Assembly (NCBI RefSeq): GCF_009914755.1
Contig: NC_060947.1
Strand: one strand, 5' to 3'
Length of the DNA: 64,000 nucleotides
Source: the human T2T-CHM13v2.0 reference genome, Homo sapiens
Made by a program: the position numbers and the translations under genes. The notes under the pieces were generated by a model. The model was not told the origin of the DNA and ran no database searches. It saw only the letters and a program-made list of their open reading frames with translations. How positions within the stretch are numbered: position 1 is the first letter of the stretch; each line of letters begins with the position of its first letter. Shown here piece by piece: positions 15,332 to 26,646 of the stretch.

Positions 15332-16219
15332 GTGATTTGGTTTATGTAAGGCAGTGTAGTGAAGGCACTGCAGAAGTTAAACAGACTGGAAAACATGGTA
15401 AAAAATGAGCGAGCTAAAAATGAATGCTTGCTGGTCTAGGTAGGCTAAGTACTACAACTATGTTTCTTTTTCATCATTGCAGAAGCGTTGAAATATTGTT
15501 GAAGGTGGGGGTTTGGGGTGGAATTAGGGAAGGCTTCATGGAGGAGGTGGCATTTATACTGGGCCTTGAAGGAGGGGCAGAAAGTTGATAGGTTAAGATG
15601 GAGGGAAGTACATTTCATAATGACTGACTCTAGAGAAAATTCTGTAGAAGTACTGAAAAATGAGAGGGCAAACAAACACCCCCAGCGAGTGAAGCATCCC
15701 AACTGAGAGAAAAGTCTGAGGAGTCTGGGCTGGGACCAAAGTCTCAAGTCCCCAGATGGGGTCTTCAGTACAAATGATATTAGGAGGCACAGGACAATGG
15801 GCTTGTTTGTAAACCTAGCAGCAGCGAGAGGTTTCACATTGCAGTCAGGGGCCCCAAACTGGCTGTAATATGTCTGGATGAATTCTCTCATCTTTTAGGT
15901 GTGTATGGTACTTACTTATCTTTCCTCTTGCCCACTGACTGCCTGAATGGTAGTTCGTGCGCGCCCATGTGCGCGTGTGTGAGTGTAGGTGTGTGTGGAT
16001 GGGTGGGGGACCGAGGCTTTGTCTCCCACTGCAGCTTCTTCCACTTTTCCGTCTTGTGGCACACAGCAGGCTTCCATTGAGCTGAAGCTCAGGCCCCTCT
16101 CACTGTCTAGGACTCATTGAACTCCAGCTCTTGATTAAGCACCAGGAAGCTTTCTCAACATGAAGGTAAAATTTACTGTCGGGGGTGACTTGGGTTAGGG
16201 CAGGACTACACTTTCCGGA

Positions 16220-16282
16220 GGTGATGATGGTGGTGAGTGGTGGTGGTGGTGGTGGTCGTGGTTGGTGGTGGTGGCAGTGGTG
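16220..16282 (-). repeat. Imperfect (CAC)n tract in the CAPN6 3'UTR
   Basis: Plus-strand ggtgatgatggtggtgagtggtggtggtggtggtggtcgtggttggtggtggtggcagtggtg. Confidence 0.85.
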
Positions 16283-16783
16283 TCTGTAAGGGTTGGGGAC
16301 TTAAAGCCGGCTCTGGCTGCTGGGTGAAATGCTGCTGGGAAGTCTATAGTGTTCAGTCAGGAGCTAGGATGTCAGGCTAGACCAGCTTGGCCTTGATCAG
16401 CCCTCCTCCTTCCTCAACATGCCCTACAGGGGAGATATATCAAACAACTGAAAACATCAAAGACATCTGTAGGGTGTCCAGCCTCTTGTTATTGTCCTGC
16501 TTGAATCTCACCCCCGGAAGCCCCAGAGATCCTTTCTTGGCAAATGTGTATGATGTCTAGATAGGACTGTCGCCTCCCCATGTCCAGCTGCTGGAGGTAT
16601 ATAGGTTATGTAGCTACAGATGCTACTTGGATTGGGAGGTATGGGGAATTTATCAGAAGAGAGGAAGAGTTAATTATTGTGAATCTCATTCTTTCTAAAG
16701 ATTGTGAATCTTAACTAAGACCTGGCACCTGACGGAAAATAAAAGGGTGGCACGCTTTGTCAGGATTCTCTGGGATTGCAGAT

Positions 16784-16966
16784 TTAGAGCTCAGTGAGAT
16801 CATCGCTGGAAATAACCTTGAAGCTGATGTGGCCTTGCTTGACTTTGGCAGTTGGACCACCCTTCTTACGCAGGTACAGAGACTTCAGATCACGGCAGTC
16901 GCTGGGGTCAGCATCCAGAGTAACCTGCCCCAAGAACTGATCACAGAATTTTCGGCTGTTCCAGAC
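16784..16966 (-). CDS. CAPN6: Calpain-6 exon 13, coding part with stop
   Basis: VWNSRKFCDQFLGQV...SSDDLTEL-TAA; 183 nt; total CDS 1926 nt. Confidence 0.96.
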   Translation of the reverse strand, partial: VWNSRKFCDQFLGQVTLDADPSDCRDLKSLYLRKKGGPTAKVKQGHISFKVISSDDLTEL

Positions 16967-17574
16967 CTGGAAAGACAAACGAAGGGAGTGAAGATGAGCA
17001 GCCCTCAGTGAGATTAGCCTTTGCCCAGTGACATCCAGATCTAATGCTGAGCTTCAAAAGATTTGTTTTAAAACCAAGAGACTATTCTGTCCTTTCCTGA
17101 TAGCCCATCAGTTGAGGGGAGGATACCTCAAAGAATATACATGAAAAGCCAGAAAACAGAATCTCCGGGTCGTTCTTGACCTGTGGGATGGTTACCTAAA
17201 GGCTGCTGGTCAGGAGTATTAAGTCAGAAAAACTGCCAAACTGCAGTGATTCATCCTGACCTAGCCATGTGAGGGTCCTCTGAACTGGCATAAGCTTTCC
17301 TCCATGGGATTTTATGATACGTGTGTTAACATGTGTACTGGTGAGCATGTGGGCTTTTGCCCACAATTAAATAAATGGAAGAGAGGAGATTTAGGATGGA
17401 TGGTAATAAGGAAGTCAGTGTCCATGCTTGATGAGAAGAGTTTTTGAGTATAAAACAAACCAAAAAATACGATAATTCTTGCTCTGCATCCTAAACATAT
17501 ATAAGGTACTTGGGATCATCTAGTATCTGGTACAAAGTATGAGCCTTTCTGGCGACCCCTGTACACACTCTTAC

Positions 17575-17711
17575 CTGTACTATAATAGGAATGTCAGTGG
17601 TCCTTCTGTAGAAAATGGCCTGGGTGTCAAAAATGGCATGAACTGTATTCTTCTGGACAGGAGAACGGACTTCCTCCTTTCCACATTTGATGACCAAATA
17701 TGGGTTTACAG
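17575..17711 (-). CDS. CAPN6: Calpain-6 exon 12 (C2 domain)
   Basis: VNPYLVIKCGKEEVRSPV...DIPIIVQ; 137 nt; donor GTAAGA. Confidence 0.96.
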
Positions 17712-18077
17712 CTGGAACAAAGTGACATATGTTTTTAACACAGCAATTAAAGTTCCTTTTCTAGATAGACAAGAAGGTATCTCGCTAAGCCAATTCTGGG
17801 ACTTTCAGCATAGCACTCGAGCACCAGAATGACTGAGATTCAACACTTTTATTCCCACTTCCCTTTCCTTTTCCATATTTTATATAGGAATATGAAAATG
17901 AATCTAATGTAGGCCTTGCTTGAAGTTGACATCCCATCCTCTGCCATGGTTGCCATCCATTCCCAACTTCTCTAGACAAAATATCGCTGGAGAAAATCAT
18001 TTGTGATCATGTTTTCTAACTTATGTGCTATAAATGCAACTGAATTTTGCTTTCCCAGACATTCCTGCCATTCTTAC

Positions 18078-18199
18078 TTTCATTGGCATACTTCTTCTCC
18101 AGGTCCTCAGCACTGTGAACAGTGATCTGAGTAACTACTTTCGGGTAGCCACGAGCCAGGTTCCAGCAGGACATTTTGGGCATGTCCAGAGTCAGTTCC
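18078..18199 (-). CDS. CAPN6: Calpain-6 exon 11
   Basis: ELTLDMPKMSCWNLARGYPKVVTQITVHSAEDLEKKYANE; 122 nt; donor GTAAGA. Confidence 0.95.
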
Positions 18200-18775
18200 C
18201 TAGAACATCAAAAATAAAATATTGTCATCATATGATAAATATCCTTTGATGAAATAAGCCCGCCAAAGCAGACATCATTGCTGAAAAGCATGAGACATTG
18301 TGTGACTTAGCCCATTCCTCCTCAGATATGTCTTATATATATTTTAAGCATGCTTTCCTTTCTCCTTTCTTTAAGGGCCAGGAGATAAAGATCAAAGTAG
18401 GCAGGGCTGGGACAAAAAGGTGGCTTTGGTGATCCAGCACACAGAACATAATAGAAGAGCAGGGAGGAGTGCTACCTACTTAAGAAAAGAGGCCATCAGC
18501 CAGAAAACAGAAGACAAATTTGATGTGGAAGAACTTAGACTATAGGCCTGTTCCTCTTTAAGGGTAGCTCAGAGCTCTGAAGTTCAGACCTTCACTGGGG
18601 AATTTCCCCCAACCACCCTTTGAGAAATATTTTTACCACCATGATTTCAGTGAATCAAGTCTGATTTAAACAAGTTGTCCCATTGAATGTCTGAAGAGGG
18701 GAGACGGGTGAAGGGGTTTAGGATTGGAAGTAAAGCAAAGAACAGGGGTTTGAGGGCTTGCGAAGGAAACTGAAC

Positions 18776-18978
18776 CTGAGCTGGACAGGCACTTCAGAGA
18801 AGATTCTCAGGAGAAACTCGCTGGTGCGACCATGCTGGAACATGGTTGGGACAAGCACATAGTTGCCCTTCTTCAGGTACTTGCTCAGAAACACTGTGCG
18901 GGTGTCAATATAGGTGGAAGTCCCAGCACGCTCCTGGATGTAGAGGTGGTGGAGGCGGAATTTGCGGTTCATCTCCAC
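18776..18978 (-). CDS. CAPN6: Calpain-6 exon 10
   Basis: VEMNRKFRLH...GNYVLVPTMF...FLLRIFSEVPVQL(R); 203 nt. Confidence 0.96.
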
Positions 18979-19141
18979 CTGGAAATGAAATAGGGTAAAA
19001 TATTCAATTCCACTCAAATCATGGTTTTTGTATGCTCTGTCTTTTTTATCCCTAGGCCTTCCATTCTTCCCCTACCATTAAATTATCCTAATTTTTACTC
19101 TGTTTGCCTTCATTCTCTCTGCCCCAAATGCCCATTTTTAC

Positions 19142-19264
19142 CTTGAAGAGCTCAAAGCCAATGATGTAATTGTCAGGTCTTCCCATTCGGCGGTAAGTGC
19201 GCAGGTCCTTCTGCTGCAGTGACATAATGACCTTGTGCCCATCCTCAGGCACAGTGAAGATGTA
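19142..19264 (-). CDS. CAPN6: Calpain-6 exon 9
   Basis: YIFTVPEDGHKVIMSLQQKDLR...IIGFELFK; 123 nt; AG/GTAAA. Confidence 0.95.
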
Positions 19265-19907
19265 CTAAGGGAAAGAGACCACCACAGAGGTGAGTTAGCA
19301 TTCCCATTTCATATGAACGAGCTTAAATTTCAGGGAATAAAGCTTGTCATTGGGAAGCAGAGCCTTGAGTTATTTTCTGGGCTTTCATATTTATCAGACA
19401 ACAAGGTCTTGGATAATTCACTGACTTGCTAAGCGTAGACCATTAACACTTGTTTCTTTCTATGTCATTCAGCATGTGTTGAAGGACAACCTTATTCTTA
19501 GCCTTTGATGCCAAAGAGGATATGCTTTGTTCTAATAAGTTCTTGGTAAATTATTGTATTATTATTATTATTATTGTTATTATTATCCCTTTGTATTTAA
19601 ATGCCATATATAGAAAAAGTTTGGAATCCATAAAGACAGAAAGGTATTTATTTGACTCAACCTGACACTACAGCATCACCCTGGGCTAGCCTCCTTTTGC
19701 CAGCCAGACATACAGCTTGTGGAAGGGCTCCTTGGAGAATTGATGTTTTGCTACTTCCACTTTAAGGAAGCTACAAGCCTGTGTCAGAGACTTTCCAAAC
19801 ATCATCTGGGGAATCACGGTGCTATTAGGAGATAAAACTAAAAGGCATCAGATTTTTCTCTCTGTCTCTGTCTCCATTCCTCTCTCCCTTTAGAAGGAAA
19901 CATAAAA

Positions 19908-20027
19908 CAGCTACTCAGGAGGCTAAGGCAGAAGGATCCCTTGAGCCCAGGAATTCAAGGGTGCAGTGAACTGTGATCATGCCACTGCACTCCAGCCTGG
20001 GCAACAAAGTGAGACCCCATCTCTAAA
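19908..20027 (+). mobile_element. Alu monomer fragment (FLAM/FRAM-like)
   Basis: cagctactcaggaggctaaggcagaaggatcccttgagcccagg...cactccagcctgggcaac. Confidence 0.8.
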
Positions 20028-20029
20028 AT

Positions 20030-20127
20030 GAAGGAAAGAAGGAAGGAAGGAAGGAAGGAAGGAAGGAGGGAGGGAAGGAAGGAAGGTAGGAAGAAAAGAA
20101 GGGAGGGAGGGAGGGAGGGAGGGAGGA
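20030..20127 (+). repeat. (GGAA)n/(GGGA)n polypurine microsatellite
   Basis: Read directly; six consecutive GGAA at 20041-20064. Confidence 0.9.
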
Positions 20128-21123
20128 CTTAAAAACAGACTCTGAACTAAGGCCCCTAAGTTCAATCCTGTACATACATATAGAGTGAAGCCATTTTCCC
20201 AGCTTAGTATATGTGCCTAATACTTGAAACATTTCCAGAGTTGTAAATGGAGGTGAGGTGGTGTGTGTGGGGGGAGATAGGATATTTCTTTAGGAACAAT
20301 TAAGATGGGAAGGGTGGAAGAGCAGTATGAGTTAGGTGAATCAGCCCACTAGTCTCCATATTCTCCTAAATGCCTGACCAATGAGATCCATGAAAAGAAA
20401 AGACGCACCCATGGGCAGTGAGGCAGCAATATAGTCAGAATTCTTGTTTTCTATGAGTTAGCTCATCAGCACATTTTGAGATGAAACCATCCAGGTTATT
20501 ATAGATTCAGCCTTTAGATGTTTGGATTTTTTACTCTGGAGTGTGCGTGGACTTGACCCTGTTATGTCACCTGGAATAGCACTGTAATGGGAGATGGATG
20601 GGACAGAGTCGTTGACAGGGCAATGATTCAAATCCTGGGAAAAATGACCTGGATCTAGATGATAAAATGGAGGCATAATAATGGGGTTCAAAAGAGTCAT
20701 CTGCATTAGAAAGAGGAAGAATATAGTAAATGTGCACCCCAGAGAACAGCTGGGCAGTAAAGAGAAATGAGGAAGAATTGAGGGAGCATCTCAAAGCAGA
20801 TCTTCTCTCTCCAATATGGGACCATCACAAGGAAGCAGGGATTGTCAAAGAGCCATACCAGACAATATGGCCAGAAGAGAGGCAGCCAGAGGAGGTGATT
20901 CAGATTTGATACTGCTGCCAAAGTCTGTCTCTGCAAAAAGACATAGTCTGCTGTGTTTTACAAGCACCTGAGACAATCCGTAGGGATCCTGGTTGTTGAA
21001 TATTACACAATAGCTGCAAAAGGAAGATTTGATGCTAAAGAAATACTCCAGAGATGACCAAAGCAAGATCTGAGTTCCTATTGACTGGATAACTTTGAGG
21101 CAAATAAAGTAATTGACTCAAAC

Positions 21124-21310
21124 CTGGGGATTCTGCAGGAAGGTATCACGGTTGTTATAGCAGCCTCCTGAGCGGTTCATCAGGGGATCATCATCCACAG
21201 TCCAGCATCCCAACACCGATTCCAGCTCCTTTCGGCCAAAAATAGGGTTGTTCACGTTGCGGCAGACATTCAGTTTGTGAAAGTTGCGGCAAAAGTCCTC
21301 CAAGCTCATC
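21124..21310 (-). CDS. CAPN6: Calpain-6 exon 8
   Basis: MSLEDFCRNF...SGGCYNNRDTFLQNPQ; 187 nt. Confidence 0.96.
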
Positions 21311-21415
21311 CTGAATGGAAGGAGCACAGGAAAAAAATAAAGATGGTATTTAATACTTAACACTGTAGTTCCATGTAGAAGCCCCAATTCCCTTAGTGCA
21401 GAAACCCCTCCTCAC

Positions 21416-21493
21416 CAAAACTCTCCATCATCAGACATAACAAGCCCCAGGTTCTTGCGATCTGATGCAGTCAGTTGCTGCCACTCTTCAGAA
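21416..21493 (-). CDS. CAPN6: Calpain-6 exon 7
   Basis: SEEWQQLTASDRKNLGLVMSDDGEF(W); 78 nt; poly-T acceptor tract, donor GTGAG. Confidence 0.95.
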
Positions 21494-21755
21494 CTGAAAG
21501 TAAATAGAAAAAAAAAAAAAAGATAAATCATTATGTTTGCCATTGACTTCTTGTAGTAAGTAGGATGCCAGAGAAACAGAGTGCATGAGGATCAGTCCTG
21601 CTTTATTTCATCTGCGGCTGGGTCACAGACCCCGTGCCTGACAAAAGCCCACAGATGTCACTGAGCATTGACAGCACACTAGCAGTCTGGAGGGATGGGT
21701 CTGGGAGAACTACAGGGCTTTGGAGATGTAGCTGTGAAAGTGGAATGCAACTCAC

Positions 21756-21949
21756 ATTTCACTCCAGGGGCCACTCCATTCCTGTCTTCCCAAGGGGTTT
21801 CTCAGGCGAACCATATACACCTTCTCAGCACTGAAGACTTCCACAAGTCTCTCTCCAAGACGAATTTTGCGAATATCAGTCATGGTATAGGTATGGCCCT
21901 TCAGCAGACCCCAATCAGTTTCAACTTCTTGCTCCTCCTGATTGGGAGA
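21756..21949 (-). CDS. CAPN6: Calpain-6 exon 6 (His252, Asn284)
   Basis: SPNQ...GLLKGHTY...VRLRNPLGRQEWSGPWSE; 194 nt; donor GTGAGT. Confidence 0.96.
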
Positions 21950-22513
21950 CTGAGAGCAAAGAAAGATATATAAAGGCACAGGAATTGGGAGACCCAATCC
22001 TGACTCCTCTTCTTCATTAATTGGCTTAACCCAGTAGGATTGAAGCTAGTTCTCACACAGATGGAAATTTCATCCTGACACCCAACTTGAAACAAAAACA
22101 GTAGAGGAAAATAAATAAAGAATGTAATATAACAACTCAAACAAGTCAGATTCAAACTATCCACTGTAGGACATTAATATGAACTGCCATAAAATTTGAT
22201 GGGGCAGATTCATTTATTGAGCAAGCAGCCATAACCTCAAGATCTAGAAGCAGAGACAAGAGGAATAATTTAGCAGAGGCTACTGACACAAGCCTGGATG
22301 CTGCATTGGTTCCATGTGGAATGACTGGTACAAAAGGATAAAAAACTAAAGCACCTCAGCTTCCACACCAGGGCAAAATGTGTATTTTAGCTTTCCAAGT
22401 CCCATTAATAGTTTTTCATGGGTCTTCGGGTTAAGGGCGAATTTCCCTACCAAACTTTGTAGTCTCTTCTGCCAGGAATGAGTATACAGTGGTTGTTTTT
22501 CATGAGTACAAAC

Positions 22514-22706
22514 CTCAATGGAACAGCAGATCAGACCACCTTTGGTAAATGTTTTGTACAGTTCTCCGAATAGCTTGTACTTCTCCTCAACAAGCTCAGT
22601 GTATCTTCCTTTCTGCATGTCAACAGTTTCAGCCAATGTGCCCGTGAAGTCCACAATAATATCAGTGATGGTCAAACCATCCAGGGCCTCATAACAGCCT
22701 AGCAGC
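22514..22706 (-). CDS. CAPN6: Calpain-6 exon 5
   Basis: LLGCYEALDG...DFTG...GGLICCSIE; 193 nt; phase matches neighbouring exons. Confidence 0.96.
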
Positions 22707-23214
22707 CTGAGGGCAAGTATGCAAGGTTATCTTTGTAAAATTGTTTTTCCAGGTCAAGAACATCATAATCTAAAGAATCAGAACATCCCCTGCCTAGACT
22801 TTACCAGATGGCTTTTCTCTAGGTATGAAATGAGAGATGTTTTGAAATTATATTCAGAAATTTCTAGGCTTAGGCTATGTTGATCAAGGACAGTCTATGC
22901 AGAAACTTCTTTCTACGGGGAGATATGAGATAAAGAAAAAATGAAGTGATAGTGCCATGTGATCTGCAGATAGCAGGAGGAAAGGGTACCTGGGAGCAGG
23001 TAAGAGTTTAAATGGAAACAAGAACCTCTGATTTCTCTCTCATCTAAGATTTCTGAGAGCCAGGCCCAAGTGCAAAGCAATGCCTTGGTTCTGACTGACA
23101 TCTTACCCAACTTAAACTCCAGGGTTGGGCTGGGAGAGAATGAGCTCCCAAAGATAAATGTGGCTTTCCTTTCCTCATGTACCCTGATAGCAGACTAGTC
23201 AATCACCTCCTTAC

Positions 23215-23423
23215 TTTGCATAAGCTTTTTCCAGCAGAGCATTCCAAAACTCATTCATGGAAGTGGAGAAAGAGAAGACCAGATCTCCGTTAATGGTGGG
23301 CAACAAGTCATCAATCACCACTTCAGTCCATTCTCCAAAATGCCAGAAACGAAAGTGAAATATCCCAGCGTATTTTTCTGTTTTTTGAGGGTCCCATTCC
23401 TGTTCCTTATGGTTGGGAATTGT
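23215..23423 (-). CDS. CAPN6: Calpain-6 exon 4
   Basis: [11 protein letters not shown]...[25 protein letters not shown]...[12 protein letters not shown](K), classic calpain motifs; 209 nt; AG/GTAAG. Confidence 0.96.
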
Positions 23424-24478
23424 CTAGAAATGCAAGAACATTTAATCAAGTGTTATTCACCAGACCACATCCAGAAACTGAGATTACAGTTTACTCCTGG
23501 CAAATCTACAGGGCAACAGGAAGCATGCCACATACACCTGGTTTGAGTCTGGATTGGAAATTCCTAGATATGGCATTTTGCCCACAACTTCTGCTTCCTC
23601 AGTTCAGTTTTGCTGAGGATGATATCACCATGCCTGTCTAAATGCACACAGGAGTACACAGTGTGGCTGGGACAACCAGTTAGTGGTTAAATGCTTTCCA
23701 CAAATAATCTATAAACTAGATGTTGAGAAGCGGACTATATAAACATATTCATGATTGCATGTTTAAAATGCAAGGCATTCTAAAGAGCAAAACCAATCAA
23801 AATCAAGGCCCATTGTAGTTTGCTTTTTAAATATCCATTCTAGAGATTTTATATCAATTATATTAAATATGGATTTCATTTGCATTTTGAATAAAATCAT
23901 GTTTAGGAATTTTTTTTGTATAACAGCTACACATTAATATTCTAAAATTATTTTTTGAGGAAAATGTTTTAACTTTGTCCCAAGTCAAGTTAACACTTCA
24001 TTGCCTTGACCTCTACCTGAATGCTAAAGGAATTTTTGTACTATTAATAATTTATTAGAACTTTTCAAGTCCTACTTCTGTATTTCTCACCTTTTTTGTT
24101 ATTAATATGTATTATTGACTTCCTGGCTTCTACTGACTTTATACCCCAATAGGTACAGATAACATAATATGCAGAGATACTGAGTCAATGCACGGCAAAT
24201 GATAACCAAAGATCAGTGAGCATATATGACAAAGCAAGTAGAGTAAAATGTTAATGGTAGAATCTAGGTGGGTATATGAGTGTTCACTATAAAATTATTT
24301 CAACTTTTCTGTGTTTGCAAAACTTCTTATAATGAAATGGAGGGAAGTCGCCTAGTTAATATCTCTGCTTTCAAGAAATACAACAATCTAAGGAAGTTAT
24401 GCGCTGATTTTTTTCCTAAAGTTATTAAAGAAGACAAGAAAGTGGAAACTGAATGAGGTCCCACAGGAGGGATAATAC

Positions 24479-24610
24479 CTTTGTCCAATGAGACTCCTGA
24501 ACAGCCAAACAGGAAAATGCAGAAACCATTGGCTTGTGCCCCAGTCTCCCTTGGGTCAGCTGGTGGTTGCTAATGTTGCCCACAATCAGATGGGGGTCAT
24601 CACAGATGTC
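24479..24610 (-). CDS. CAPN6: Calpain-6 exon 3 (aa 56-99; contains Lys81 at the catalytic Cys position)
   Basis: DICDDPHLIVGNISNHQLTQGRLGHKPMVSAFSCLAVQESHWTK; AG/GT boundaries; 132 nt; not in the ORF track, read directly. Confidence 0.96.
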
Positions 24611-26323
24611 CTATGAATACAATAATTGGTTATATGAGAGTCTGGGAAGAGTTTCTCAAGAGTCACTGTGAGCTGAACTAGGCAGGACAGCCTTCATAGA
24701 GGAGATAAGGTTAGGGTTGAAAAATAAGTAGGATTTCCATAGATGGGATGAAGGGAAGGCTGAGGGGATTATAAGGAAAACCAAAAAACAGTTGATCATC
24801 TAGCCCCATGTTTGGAAGTGGCAGGAGAAATGAAAGGAGAGGGTGTCATGAGATTGGGTGCCATGCGGTGGTGAGGGCTCTTAGACATAGCTATCATTGG
24901 GGTTTGGGAGAGTTTTCACCACAGCAGTGAACTTTCCAAAAAAATAATAACTAGGAATTAGTACATTACATTCTGATCCTATTTTGCCAGGATGAGATTT
25001 TCTGAAGCACCTGTGCTTGGAAGGGAGATTGTATTAAAGAGACAAGGTCTAATGAAGGTTAACATTAATTCATCTCCTTCTCTAGGAAAACCAGTTAGGA
25101 GACCTTATAGGAAGCCCTTTTCTAACATAAAGCAAAAGCAACAGTGGTCTCCATAGCAACCAGATTTTTCTACATTTGTGGATGAATATAGATGACAGCA
25201 GCATTAATAGCAAGTGGTAATAAACCACTCACAGGAACACTTCAACCGACACTCTTCCCAGTGAAGGTCCTGAGGGGATCTGGGCAGAGTGGGGGCAGTA
25301 TTTGTTTGGAATGTATGTGTGTATCTTCCCCCCAACATATTAACTGTGCCTTTCCCACTGGGAGTAGGAAAATGATACCTAAATGATACAATTATAACAC
25401 AAAGCGATAGGGCACAGTAGAGTCATTTTCAAAGCATAATTCATGTCTAAAGGAAGAATCCCCATAATTCTCCTGATCACAGTCAGAATAGGATTCATAG
25501 TGTTGTTAACACTGGAGTTGACTAGAATTAGGCAGTTGGACAAGAGAGGGGTACGGTGGCATAACAGGTAGAGAGAAAGGCATGGGCAAAGGCATTGTGG
25601 CATACATGACACTACATAGTTGAAGACATAATTGGGTGACTCAGAGTATCAGCATTTGAAGAGTTCAAAGGCAGGAAATACCAATGCATTCTTGACTAGA
25701 TGGAGAAAGCTTCACGAGGAGGCCATTGGCCGGTACCTTGACATTCTGCTTACGCAGCAGAAATAAATCCTTGTCTCAAATGGAATCTAGACATATATCC
25801 TTTTAAAAAGTATTAGAGACAGCTATATTTTTCTGGTCCTCAAACCTCTTTTTTTAATGGCCATAATTCTCCTTGACGAAGGGTCTGGTCTACAGAATGA
25901 AACATTCCATATATTCTTTAAAAGCCAAAATAACTCTGGAAAGAAATAGGCAGGCATTCTGGGCAAAGACAAGTCCAAGCTGGAGATTAACTGGGCATCC
26001 CTCTGCCAAAAGGAGATGGCTAGATAGGTTGTCAGCTTTGGATTCTCAGGTCTTTTTTTTTAGATGCATGCCTGGTAGTTCACAACTACTTTTTGTTTTA
26101 GGAGAATTTTCTATCTTAAAAAATATTTTTTATGGGCTGCAAACTGCCTTTGTTTTCACTTGTTGAACATAGAGCAGGTATGTTGGGTAAGTCAAACCCT
26201 GATGTTCTTTTTCTTCTCATTTTTTTGGCCTTTTCTAAAATGAAACTAAGCACAGTTTTTCCTCCCCAGGTCAGGTGTTTTCATTTTATTTTGAGCAAGA
26301 TGTCAAAGTATAAAATAATTTCT

Positions 26324-26646
<323 letters not shown>

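Noticed and set aside
16757-17832. Plus-strand ORFs overlapping CAPN6 exons (also 19235, 21634-21973, 23340-23641, 33958)
   Set aside because: Antisense shadows of real coding exons; no independent homology or splice support.
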